This document shows positions 1 through 12,387 of a stretch of DNA of 64,000 nt, in pieces. Position 1 is the first letter of the stretch. The number at the start of each line of letters is the position of its first letter. The notes beneath the pieces were generated by a model. It was not told the DNA's origin. It searched no databases and was given only the letters and a program-made list of their open reading frames with translations. A program made the position numbers and the translations under genes. Source of the DNA: Lobosporangium transversale (lineage: Eukaryota); contig NW_019029009.1 of NCBI RefSeq assembly GCF_002105155.1, positions 372,001-436,000 on the forward strand, written 5' to 3'.

Positions 1-1541
1 TGAGGTATCCACATCCTCAAATCCGGGTTGATACTCTGGCCTGTTGGCTGTGGTTGCTAACATCAGAGCTATCTGTCCTCCTGCTGAATCACCTGCAACG
101 ACGATGTTTTGAGGATTTCCACCAAAGATTCGGATCTCATCCTTGACCCATCGTAGAGCACGTTTGCAGTCGATCAGTTGAGTTGGGTATCCTGCCTTGC
201 TCTTTAACCGATAGTCTACCGAAACCACAATCCAGTCATATGTAATCATCTCTGTCAAAAGTGGACCCACCAACTTTTTACTGCCCATAGTCCATCCACC
301 TCCATGCATGTAAAACTATGTAACCCCCCCAAAAAAAAAAAAAAAAAGTAAAAAAATAAAAAAAAGTTTCAGTTTTCTTTTTTTTTTTTTTTTTTTTTTT
401 TTACTCCGCATCCGATCAGCATATGATATGGTTTCGGTCAAAACTTACAAGAACAGGTCTATCGTCTCCTGCCACGACGGAGTGAGGCTGATAAACATCC
501 AACTCCATGTCAACAGCTGATTTCCACCCATCTGTTCTCTCTGCATCCAACCGTTCTGCTGCTGTCCAGTATGGAACTATGTTGAATAGAGATATTAAAA
601 AATAAATAAATATGACAGCCACGATTGATTGTTCAAGTCCTTTCCCACGATAACAAGCAAAGGAATATTTACTGTTTTCATAAATGGTGCAGTCCTTTGG
701 CCAGATGAAAGGGTTAAGGAGTTGCTGCCAGAATCTTCGTCTATATGTATATATTTGTCAAGTTATATAAAAAGAAAAAAAAAAAAAAGATATCTGATTA
801 GTTTGTGTTGGTCTTTTTTTTTTTTTTTTTTTTTTTTTTGTCACATCATCTGCTTGCTTTTTGCTTTTTGCTTTTTGCTTTTTGCTTTTTGCTTTTTGCT
901 TTTTGCTTTTGCTTTACGATGTAATCCCTGGGAGCTCTATCCTATCGTCACTCTTCTTAGATAGCTGATCCAAGTACTGTTGTCCTAGATCCTGAACCTC
1001 GAAGGATCGCTTGAAGAGATGTAATAGACCAACGGCTGTGATGATGTTTGTATAATAGAAGAACCGTACCAGCGAAGACTCCTCTAATTCCCAAGAGGGT
1101 TTGATTTTTGTTATTTTTTTATGTTTCATGCGATAAATGAGTAAAACATGGTTAGATGTTCATATTCTGTATAAAAAGCTTTTTTTTTTCTTTTTAATCC
1201 CTCCGGCAAAATTAATGAAATGCAACGCAACACAACACAACGCAACGCAACGCAACGCAATGCAACTTACGAAATGTACCGGTGAGAGTCAACCACGTGT
1301 AAAAACAGGCGTCCATGCACATGACGGACAATGGTAATTCGGATAGCTGGTTACTTAGTATACAGAGGACCCAATTAACTTTACGGTATCGAGTAGCGGC
1401 TCCTGTGATAGCGACCCAGGTCAGAGCCATGGTGACAAAGGATGCTATTGCATAGGACAAAGCCCAAGATGACTTTGCCAAGTACATATTCAAGCTGATC
1501 AGGGTCATGATAACTCCAGTCTGTCCTGCAGCCATTGCCAT
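1..1541 (-). CDS. Alpha/beta hydrolase (HSL-like lipase/esterase), multi-exon, runs off the left edge
   Basis: Minus-strand translation shows the oxyanion motif YMHGGGW (~290-315), SVDYRL, and the nucleophile elbow VAGDSAGG (~78-100). The hydrophobic N-terminal exon starts at ATG 1541. Internal exon boundaries are approximate. Confidence 0.85.
855..913. repeat. Intronic heptamer microsatellite (TTTTTGC)n
   Basis: About 8 direct copies of gcttttt are visible. Confidence 0.85.
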
Positions 1542-1799
1542 TTGCGATAGCTCCTTTGTAATAAATAATTGCTGAAAAGTTTTTGTAGTTTAGGAGAGAG
1601 AAAGGGGAAAAGGTCGTTATGATGTTGATAATAATGCAATTGAGGATGAGATGAAAGATAAAAAGCAAAAAAAAAAAAAAAAAATGTTTTTGTGGGGTAA
1701 GAAAAATGTTTTATAAAGAATTTCTTTGAGTATCAAAGCAAGGTGTCTCCTTTAGTTCGTTGTCACTACAGAAGTGAAAAAGAATGAAATGGGAATTGG

Positions 1800-1832
<33 letters not shown>

Positions 1833-3049
1833 CAATGGGTAATGGAGTGATTCTTTTTTCTTTTGTCCCCTCTCCTTTTCCCCTTGGACAATGTTATAAC
1901 GGGTCGAAAAGAAGTTTAGAAAAGAAAGCGCATTGATTACAAAAAAGGGTTATTCCCATAAACAAAGATTTGCATTATGATGGGGTCGAAGGGGGTTTGT
2001 GCTACTTTTTCTATTTAAGTGAACATCTCTTTCTCTCTCTACACTCTTTTTAAAAGAGAAAATGCAATGGGGGAAGAAAAAGTGTTTTTTCTCCTCCCCA
2101 CATCCTTACATCCTCTCCCCCACATCTCACTACACACATCCCACAGCCCAGTCTCTGGAACTTGGATTGAACAAGGACTGTTGTCACGTTGAAAACAATG
2201 GTTACACTACTTTTTTTATTTATTTAAACACGCCATTCATTGTTTGGACAAAGCAAAAAACAGCTTTGTTGGCCTTGTTCTATCCCAGTGCTTTCTATAC
2301 GTCCTGCAATGCCATCCTTTGCCTTTGTTGGTTCGTTAGATGATCAAACTGTCCAATACGACGAACCTTTTTTTTTTTTTTTTTTCTTTTTTTTTGTTGG
2401 GTTAACAACTCTTGATACTCTTTGTCGCTGATTGAACCCCGTTCAACGCTCTCACTCTTTCTCTCTCTCTCGCATACAACATCCACACACTCTCTTTCTT
2501 TTCTTTACCTTATTTTCTTTCCTTCCTTCCTTCTTCTTTCTTTCTTTCTTTCTATCCTTCCCCCTCCTTATTCTTTTTTTTTTGTTTTGTTTTTTTTTTG
2601 TTTTTTTTTTGTGTAAATGTTTTTTTTTTTTTTTTTTTTTTTGCTTGTGTTCACGACTGACATAAAAAAAAGATGCAGTATCATGTAATAAGGAGATGAA
2701 CGTGGAAAAAAATAAAAATAATAACGCCATGATGCTGTTCAGCACTGTGCTGGATGCTCACAAGAACAGAGAACAGGAAGAAGGGAAGAATGAAATGAAT
2801 AAAGAGAACATTCAGGAAGAGCGTCTTTGCTATTGAGCCATGAAGATCATGTACATGCACATGTTATATAAAGTTATTTTTATAAGCAAAGAAAAAAAAA
2901 TGGTTCCACAAGTCTCTTTTCTGAGGAGATGAGTAAAAGGATCGATTCCGTTCATGCTAGAGAGTATATCTGATGGAATCAAAAGTAAATATATGTCTAT
3001 ACATATTAACAATAAACACTTGTGGTTCACAACAAATAAGTGCAACCGA

Positions 3050-4237
3050 AGTGTGGCGTTCGTGGAGGAGGATCGTTTTTTCTTTTTCTTTTTAACGCAT
3101 CTTCACGTTGAAAACATTCTAGGCAAGCAATTGGCGATCCTATCCTTTTCCCCGATTCATGACAAAACGCACAAGCCAGCCTGAAGTACAGGATTCGCAC
3201 AAGACATCATTGAAAAAATCATGGGCTTTGAATAAATCCGTTTCACACCCTTCCAAAAATAATTAGATCTCAATGGCGTCATTCCCCCAAACATCGTCCA
3301 TGGCTCCCCATGCTATAACCAGAGTTCAATGATGGATTTCTTCAGTGATCGATACGCGTGCATGATTAAATTGATTGGACACTTAAAAATGTAAAATATC
3401 TCCATGTCCTATTAAATTATTGAGACATGGTCTGTGCCATCCGAAACGCTTGAAATAAGCGTTGCAGTTGGGACGAGGACATTTAGCACAAGTGTAATAC
3501 TCTTGAACGTCTACAACTTCGTATCCAAGGGACCTCGCCTGTTTGAGGAAAAAGTAAATAAATAAATATGAAAAATAGATCAGAGAATTTTTTTTTCGAT
3601 ACTTACTCTACTGACGCATCAAAATCCCCCTTTATCAATATTAATTACGCTAATTGAATACATGAATTCTGGAGGAGATTAGCCCAGACTCCTCATTATC
3701 AGGTGTGTTTACCTGTTGGAGGATGTCTAGGTGGCAGGAAGGGTGCTACTCGACTTTTTCGTTGGACTAGATATTGATTGTTAAATACTAAGTACCCAAG
3801 TATTCAATAATAATAATAATAATAATCATAACAGCCATCATACCACCAAACAATTCCTCTGTCTGTGACGAGACGATGGATATCCTGCCCTTCCGAGCCA
3901 GGTTATTTGCCACATATCCACTTTCAGTTACTAACTCACCAGCAGTATGTGTTGCTGCTAACACTGCTTTCTGGGACGCCCAGAACGCTGGCCCCTCATT
4001 GCGCTTCCAAACCTCGTAGTTGTTCTGCAGAGCTATTCGTGTTGCTTAAGAGATAACGGTGGAATTTTTCAAAAGGGCCACATAAGCCTTTTCGGCATCT
4101 TTTTCATATAAGTACTTGGAATTTTCTGCAAAGTCACACATGGAGACAACTTCTCCCTTTTTGACTTTATCCTTTAGCCATTGTACTTGCTCAGGAGCGA
4201 TTCCTTGAAAACTCATTGCTAGAAGTCCAATACTCAT
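3050..4237 (-). pseudogene. Degenerate ORF of unknown family
   Basis: Protein-like fragments (MSIGLLAMSFQGIAPEQVQWLKDKVKKGEVV...; AYRSLKKSIIELWL*) are broken by stops and frameshifts. It lies downstream of the same upstream module that precedes the CRN genes. Confidence 0.35.
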
Positions 4238-4787
4238 TAAATATCAGTTAGGATCTTGCAAAGTGTGACATAAAAAATTAAAAATAAAAATAAAGTAGTA
4301 AAGAGCAGTTGACCACTCTGCCATGCTCCACTTTCCGTCTACTTCCTACCGCGAACTAAATAAGGAACGTGCTAAAAAAGTACCAGTGTATATTGGACAG
4401 ATGTCTTTTCTGGGCCTGCGCTCATTCAAACAGGAAATAAACATGCTAACAAACCTAAAGATTGATCTAATATGGGTAATGAGGAAGGATAGAGCTAATT
4501 AATGCAAGAGCATTGATGCTGGATAGATTGAAAAGGCTGAAAAAAAGTAGTGCCACAAAATAAAAAAAATGGTGATGACGCGTAAAAAGTAAAAAAAAAT
4601 AAAAAAATAAAAAAATAAAAAATATCGAAATAAAGGGCAGTAATAATGAGAACGGCAGAGATGATGAAAGGGTAAAAGTAAAGGAGATTGCTAATGAAGA
4701 GAGAGGAGCTGATGGTTGTAAAATTAAGTGGTGGCGATGAGGCGCAGAAAATGCAGTGCAGTCCACGACACGTAGGCTCGTCATAGG

Positions 4788-4950
4788 CTCGTCACCAGTC
4801 TGGAGGACGAAGTTCATGTGCACATGCACGTACTGAAAGGCAAATCTGGCTTGCTCTTGCAGGCACTTCTCTCTCAGGCTGGGACCAAATTTGACATTTT
4901 GGCTGAAGGTCTTTTTTTTTTAAATTTGAAAAAATTCCCGAGTCGAAGCA
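4788..4950. repeat. Diverged third copy of the module at the centre of the CRN palindrome
   Basis: ctcgtcaccagtctggaggacgaagttc...caggctgggaccaaatttgacattttggctgaaggtc...taaatttgaaaaa matches 8328-8400 directly and 8680-8790 as reverse complement. Confidence 0.8.
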
Positions 4951-5501
4951 TCTCCTGAAGCAACACCAGAGGTTAATAAGCCAAAAAAGGTACAGCCATC
5001 TGATAAAGCCAACTCAAGAAATAGACGAATAACACGATCCAAGAGAATGGCATCATAACGCTCATAGAGAGTATCGCAGAGGTTTTTTACTCTGTCGTGG
5101 GACATTTTCCTTTGGCAAAAAATAATAATCTGCACGTTGAGGTTTATTTTTTCCTCACAGGTTTTGTTTTAATTTCCTGAGTGACAGAGATCATGTATAA
5201 GTAATATCAATTAGGTTAAAACATTGCACGCAGCACCACATTATCCGAGCATTTATTCATTTGTTTTCTATATATAAAGATCCTATTTATGTGGGCTGGA
5301 GGGCTGCAATTAAACGAAATATGCAACAGCGGTTATGTGTGTAGGACCGATTTAAAAGCGCTATCGCCTTTGTCTAAAGGGTAAGTGGATAATGATGGCT
5401 TCATTCATAAAGAATGAACCATTGTAAAAATTTCTCAAGGAACGGGTATAATGCTTTTTTTAAAAAAAGACAAAATTTCATCCACTTGATTGCTATTCGA
5501 T

Positions 5502-7969
5502 TTAATTCTCCAGATTCGTACCGGCTGATCCTCCTGAATATGCAGCTTCGATGTCGATTTTTATGACACGCTGACTTACATGTTTTAAGCATTTATATGG
5601 CTTCTGGACGACCGTATTTCTGGCGGTAAGAAAGTTCTGAACTTTAAAATCGTCATATACGACTCCTGGCACCACAAAATAGAGGAAAATAGTATCATCA
5701 CTTCCCTTCGACTTTGATCGGTCTCCCTTCGACTTTGATTGGTCTCCCTTCAAGCAGGGTCCAGTAATACAATCAATTATCTCCTTGAATGGTGCTTGCT
5801 TGATCGGATGCTCCTCTGATACTGTGACCTGAAATAGCTTGTTGGGTCCCAATGCAAAATCAATGCACGGAAATTTAGAATATTCTGGTACAAATAACTT
5901 GCCAGCTGCTTGAGTGAGCCTTGATAATTCCTCTGAAGTCCGGATAAATACCTCTTCTGGATTTGCTGGAAAATCAAGAAATCCTGTTTCGCCTGACTGG
6001 AGATCCCTAAAGGGAAATCTAATATCACCACGTCGAAATAAGTGATGAGCATAGATTTCAACCAGTGGGCCTTTATCTATATCCTCTCCGCCTGCGACAA
6101 GTTTCGCCAACACATCGACCCAAGTGTTATCTTTTATTTTGTCCATAATCTGTGATTCGACCCAACGAGATGCCCACACCAGGTAGAAGTCGAGATGGTC
6201 AGAAGTGGGGACTCTATGGAGTAAACGACTAAATCCACTCGCATCTTTTCCTCGTGCAAAGAGCCTTAGAAGATCTGCTGGTTTCTCGAGTGTTCTAATA
6301 GCATCATTGACGCGGAATAACGCAGCTTCTTTAGCACGCTCAGTATGTTTTTGATTTTTGGATAGTACATCGGCTGGACACTGTAGAACCTGTCTTGGCA
6401 CGCCCCCCAAGTCGTAAAAAAGCTCCTCCAAAAATGCTTCACTCACTACATGAAAAAACTTTACATTGGCTCTACATTCCTTAAGCTCATCCAGACTCCA
6501 GAGTGACATGTGATAGTAGCTATTTGGTGTATTTTCCTTGGTGAGTTCATCGTAATGCCCATAGAGAGTTCTTGGCGATGCTGAAAATATCGTCCTGGCT
6601 TTACCTGGTTGAGGATTTTCACCACTATCAACTAAATACCACGTTTCACGTTGGTTAAGGAAATCTTCAAACATCGTTATATTCCCTTTACGTTGGCAAG
6701 TTGTTCCTCCATAAACATAACATTTGGTATGCTGCTTCTCTTGGAAAATAATAATCGGTGGATTTTCCTCATCGTGTTCGGCAAGGAGGCGGATGGCAAA
6801 ATAGACCAAAAAGGCTGACTTCCCAATTCCAGGCGTTCCAGTGACAAAGAGTCGGTTCAAACGAGGTACTTCATGAGGGGTACTTAATCCGGATGTAATA
6901 TGGTCATAAAGCTCTTTATATTCATCTCTGATATAAAGATGCCTTGTTTGGCAACAGGGAAGATACAACCCTCAGGGGCAGTCAACATTTTGGAACCCTT
7001 GATACCACCAGAATTTCGGAGCTCGCAAGCCACGCTAACAATGCTGCAGTAAATACTATCTTCTGATAACTTCTCCCCATGTACGAAAGCAGCTTGACCC
7101 TCTCTTTCGAGTTTAGACGCGAGATGCAGGGTCACCATTCACTATCCCTTTCGTTACAAGCCCTGCTTCTGTAATCGCATCCCTAAGACCACCTCTATTA
7201 TACTTGGACGACTTTTTTAGAGGGTGACTCTGATAAAGGAGATAGAGTGATCAAAGTCAATATTTTTGATTTATTGCACATCACTCTAAAATGATCAATA
7301 ACCAGATTCTCGGCCAAAAGCACTCACCAGAATCTCCATCTTGTTTTCTTTTCTGACCTATGTATCAAAAGCGAATAATGAGAAAGAACGTTGAGTTATC
7401 AAGACACAAACCAAATGGTGATATTATGCACATGGCCGTTTAAGATACAAACCAAGCTTCATCAGCTGAAAATATCAACAATCAGTCCATCAAGAGCCAA
7501 GGATATACCTCGCTGTGGTGGCTTGACAAAAACATGGATAGTTTCCTTGGAAGTTCAGAATTAAATATGTCCCCAAGCTCCATTGACGCGATTGTGAGAG
7601 CCTCTTTTGACTCGATTTCTGACTCAAAGATGGCCTCGCCTTTGTCAGGGATGGAACCTTGTAGAGGGTGAGCTGGTCAGCGTCAATATCCTAAATGCAT
7701 TGGCTTCTCTGTTTGATGGCTTGCTTGAGCATCCCGACCGATTTATCGCAGAAAATCTCTACTGGGAACGACGTTGCTTCTCCCTCGACAACGCAGTTCA
7801 GCAGTAGCAGTGGCGCGCTTTTTTCGTTGTGGGCGCTGGTTTACTCTTTTTCGTTTATTGAGTGTGGAGGCATCCTCAGGCTTATTTGCAGTCATTTTTT
7901 TTTGTGCTTGGCTCTCTGTGGAATCATTTGCAGCCATGTTTTTTTGTGTTGAGCTCCTTGTGCGGCCAT
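5502..7969 (-). pseudogene. Crinkler (CRN) family gene, copy A: CRN header + P-loop NTPase + REase-like C-terminus; 5' half frameshifted
   Basis: Reverse-complement paralog of 9939-12387. The C-terminal ORF 5502-6968 is open, with Walker A GTPGIGKS and PCIDFALGPNKLFQVTVSEEHPIK. Several small deletions relative to copy B lie in the 5' half (e.g. atggccgcacaagg vs atggccgctacaagg); some may be assembly errors. Confidence 0.85.
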
Positions 7970-8340
7970 TGAAAATTAAGATGAGTGGGACTGAGTGTGG
8001 TTGAAATGCAGGGAGAATGATGGTTAAATAGGCGAAGGTATATTCTTACTCTTTCACCCGTGGTCACGGTATGGAAACAATAATGAAAAATGTGTAAGGC
8101 AAAAAAAAAAGAAGGAAAGGAAAAGAAAGGCAATAAATGAAGGCTTGGAATGAATAAAAGAGGTAAGTGGTGAAATATGAAAAAGGTGGCGAAAATGAAG
8201 TGGAGCAAAGGAAAGAAAGGAGCGACAACTGATAAATTTGTTCCTTTATTTCGAGGTTAGGCTTTGCGTGAGAAAATATTTTTTTCAAATCAGCCACGTG
8301 CCATTTCTGGGTCATTATGACGTGACAGAGGACGAAGTTC

Positions 8341-8739
8341 AAACTTGACATTTTGGCTGGAGGTCTCTTTTTTTAAATTTGAAAGAGTTTCTAAGTCAAA
8401 CACACCGCTAGGAAAGGTTCTTTTTTTCTAAGTCATTTACACCATAGGGGATAGCTTTTTTTTATTTCTTTTAATTTTTCTAGAGGTAAATTTCGTAGTG
8501 ATAATCGGATGAATAAATGAGATTGTGAAGAAAAACAGTAGCATGCTTCACACGTAGGCCATTTTCCTCTGATCTGTAGGACTTTGCTTGAAAAAAAATG
8601 ATTTTTAAAAAAAAAAAAAAAGCTATTTCCTATGGTGTAAATGACTTAGAAAAAAAAAAGAGCCTTTCCTAGCGGTGTGTTTGACTTAGAAACTTTTTCA
8701 AATTTAAAGAAAGAGACCTCCAGCCAAAATGTCAAGTTT
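8341..8739. repeat. Central inverted repeat, ~120 bp arms around a ~150 bp spacer
   Basis: aaacttgacattttggctggaggtctc...ctaagtcaaacacaccgctaggaaagg...ctaagtcatttacaccatagg (8341-8462) is mirrored at ~8612-8739. Confidence 0.9.
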
Positions 8740-8824
8740 GGTCCCAGCCTGTGCTTGTGCACGAGCTTCGTCCTCAGGCTGGTGACGAGACTGAGAAATG
8801 AGTTCTTTGCGCACTAAAGATTGT

Positions 8825-9535
8825 GGGTGAATCTATTTGACAACCCGGGTTGTCACTCTTATTTGACAACCCCCCCCTTAATTATTTTTCTCAATTTTTT
8901 TTCTTTGCGTGACAACCCGGGGTTGCCAAATAGTAAAATATCTAATTTGACAACCCCAAGCTCACTATTATTTGACAACCCTTTTTTTATTGGCAAGATT
9001 ATTATGTGAAAATCGTTTCTATTGCTATACCTCAGCAACACGAAATCCCTCCAGCAATCTAAAAGCTTCCTTCAAATAACAAACTTTTTTTTTTGGTTAC
9101 GAGGTGTTGTTTTTTATTACAACTGATTTCTAAAACAAGGGTTTGCTTTATAGAAAATGTGCCTATACGGGTAACATGCACTAAGCATACATAAATTCGG
9201 AGTGGTTATGCGACGCTTGATGGCGCATGCGTAAGACGCGGAAAGGAAAAAAAGAGAGACAGAAGAAGCTATAACCACAGTCATGATAACGGAGTGTTGC
9301 CACCATTTTAGAAATCCAGCTGAGAAAGGCCCTCCATAAGTGCAAGAGGGTGAAGACTTGTCATGTGACAGGTTGAAAAAGACAATTTTTCTTCTTTTTT
9401 TGACAACCCGGGTTGTCAAATAACAAAAAAGTGAAAATTGAAGACCTGGGTTGCCAAATAAGCCGGTGTGACTGCTAAATTAGGGGGGGGTTGTCAAATA
9501 AGAGTGACAACCCGGGTTGTCAAATAGATTAATTC
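8825..9535. mobile_element. Non-autonomous MITE, Mutator(MULE)-like
   Basis: 9-bp direct duplication AAAGATTGT at 8816-8824 and 9536-9544. TIR core aatctatttgacaacccgggttgtcactcttatttgacaaccccccc is mirrored at the right end, with many subterminal (t)gacaaccc motifs and no transposase ORF. Confidence 0.88.
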
Positions 9536-9938
9536 AAAGATTGTCACGTCACAATGATCCAGAAAATGGCACGTGGCTGATTTGAAAAAAAATATTTTCT
9601 CACACATCGCCTAACCTTAAAATAAAGGATCAAATTTATCAATTGTCGCTCCTTTCCTTTGCTTCACTTCATTTTTGCACTCTCCCTCTTCCTTTATCAC
9701 TTTTTTCATATTTCACCCCAGTTTTGTTCCCATCAATTTTGCTCTTTTATTTATTCCAAGCCTTCATTTATTGCCTTTCCTTTCCTTTCCTTTTTTTTTT
9801 TTTTTTTGCCTTACACATTTTTCATTATTGTTTCCATACCGTGACCACGGGTGAAAGAGTAAGAATATACCTTCGCCTATTTAACCATCATTCTCCCTGC
9901 ATTTCAACCACACTCAGTCCCACTCATCTTAATTTTCA

Positions 9939-12387
9939 ATGGCCGCTACAAGGAGCTCAACACAAAAAAACATGGCTGCAAATGATTCCACAGAGAGCCA
10001 AGCACAAAAAAAAATGACTGCAAATAAGCCTGAGGATGCCTCCACACTCAATAAACGAAAAAGAGTAAACGAGCACCCACAACGAAAAAAGCGCGCCATC
10101 CCACTGCTACTGCTGAACTGCGTTGTCGAGGGAGAAGCAACGTCGTTCCCAGTAGAGATTTTCTGCGATAAATCGGTCGGGATGCTCAAGCAAGCCATCA
10201 AAGCAGAGAAAGCCAATGCATTTAAGGATATTGACGCTGACCAGCTCACCCTCTACAAGGTCTCCATCCTTGACAAAGGCGAGGCCATCTTTGAGTCAGA
10301 AATCGAGTCAAAAGAGGCTCTCACAATCGCGTCAATGGAGCTTTGGGAGATATTTAATTCTGAACTTCCAAGGAAAACTATCCATGTTTTTGTCAAGCCA
10401 CCACAGCGAGGTATATCCTTGGCTCTTGATGGACTGATTGTTGATATTTTCAGCTGATGAAGCTTGGTTTGTATCTTAAACGGCCATGTGCATAATATCA
10501 CCATTTGGTTTGTGTCTTGATAACTCAACGTTCTTTCTCATTATTCGCTTTTGATACTTAGCTCAGAAAAGAAAACAAGATGGAGATTCTGGTGAGTGCT
10601 TTTGGCTGAGAACCTGGTTATTGATCAATTCAGAGTGATGTGCAGTGCAGTAAATCAAAAATATTGACTTTGATCACTCTATCTCCTTTATCAGAGTCAC
10701 CCTCTAAAAAAGCTCGTCTAAGCATGAATAGAGATGCTCTTATGGACGCGATTACAGAAGCAGGGCTTGTAACGAAAGGGATAGTGAATGGTAGGCCTGC
10801 CATCTCGCGTCTAAACTCGAAAGAGAGGGTCAAGCTGCTTTCGTACATGGGGAAGACACCATCAGATAGTATTGACTACTGCATTGTTAGCGTGGCTCGC
10901 GAGCTCCGAAATTCTGGTGGTATCAAGGATTCCAAAATATTGACTGCCCCTGAGGGTTGTATCTTCCCTGTTGCCGGAACAAGGCATCTTTATATCAGAG
11001 ATGAATATAAAGAGCTTTATGACCATATTACATCCGAATTAAGTACCCCTCATGAAGTACCTCGTTTGAACCGACTCTTTGTCACTGGAACGCCTGGAAT
11101 TGGGAAGTCAGCCTTTTTGGTCTATTTTGCCATCCGCCTCCTTGCCGAACACGATGAGGAAAATCCACCGATTATTATTTTCCAAGAGAAGCAGCATACC
11201 AAATGTTATGTTTATGGAGGAACAACTTGCCAACGTAAAGGGAATATAACGATGTTTGAAGATTTCCTTAACCAACGTGAAACGTGGTATTTAGTTGATA
11301 GTGGTGAAAATCCTCAACCAGGTAAAGCCAGGACGATATTTTCAGCATCGCCAAGAACTCTCTATGGGCATTACGATGAACTCACCAAGGAAAATACACC
11401 AAATAGCTACTATCACATGTCACTCTGGAGTCTGGATGAGCTTAAGGAATGTAGAGCCAATGTAAAGTTTTTTCATGTAGTGAGTGAAGCATTTTTGGAG
11501 GAGCTTTTTTACGACTTGGGGGGCGTGCCAAGACAGGTTCTACAGTGTCCAGCCGATGTACTATCCAAAAATCAAAAACATACTAAGCGTGCTAAAGAAG
11601 CTGCGTTTCTCCGCGTCAATAATGCCATTAGTACACTCGAGAAACCAGCAGATCTTCTAAGCCTCTTTGCACGAGGAAAAGATGCGAGTAGATTTAGTGG
11701 TCGTTTACTCCATAGAGTCCCCACTTCTGACCATCTCGACTTCTACCTGGTGTGGGCATCTCGTTGGGTCGAATCACAGATTATGGACAAAATAAAAGAT
11801 AACACTTGGGTCGATGTGTTGGCGAAACTTGTCACAGGCGGAGAGGATATAGATAAAGGCCCACTGTTTGAAATCTATGCTCATCACTTATTTCGACGTG
11901 GTGATATTAGATTTCCCTTAGGGATCTCCAGTCAGGCGAAACAGGATTTCTTGATTTTCCAGCAAATCCAGAAGAGGTATTTATCCGGACTTCAGAGGAA
12001 TTATCAAGGCTCACTCAAGCAGCTGGCAAGTTGTTTGTACCAAAACATTCTAAATTTCCGTGCATTGATTTTGCATTGGGACCCAACGAGCTATTTCAGA
12101 TCACAGTATCAGAGAAGCATCCGATCAAGCAAGCACCATTCAGGAAGATAATTGATTATATTACTGGAGACCGATCAAAGTCGAAGGGAAGTGATGATAT
12201 TTTCCTCTATTTTGTGGTGCCAGGAGTCGTATATGACGATTTTAAAGTTCAGAACTTTCTTACCGCCAGAAATACGGTCGTCCAGAAGCCATATAAATGC
12301 TTAAAACATGTAAGTCAGCGTGTCATAAAAATCGACATCGAAGCTGCATATTCAGGAGGATCAGCCGGTACGAATCTGGAGAATTAA
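9939..12387 (+). CDS. Crinkler (CRN) family gene, copy B: CRN header + P-loop NTPase + PD-(D/E)xK-like nuclease; one frameshift near 11918
   Basis: Exon 1 (9939-10410) encodes LNCVVEGEATSFPVEI...LKQAIKAEK..FKDIDADQLTLYKV...TIHVFVKPP, the CRN ubiquitin-like header ending in an HVLV-like motif. Short exons follow (~10455-10467, 10561-10590), then a long exon from ~10696 with GTPGIGKS and GGVPR. A 1-bp deletion relative to copy A (ttcccttaggg vs ttccctttaggg) shifts the frame before the REase-like tail (IDF...LFQITVS..HPIK). Confidence 0.88.

Noticed and set aside
2062..2745. Phe- or Lys-rich ORFs here and throughout the intergenic regions
   Set aside because: They are translations of poly(T)/poly(A) tracts, not plausible proteins.
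8859..9419. Short ORFs inside the MITE
   Set aside because: No transposase or other motifs; they arise from repeated TIR sequence.
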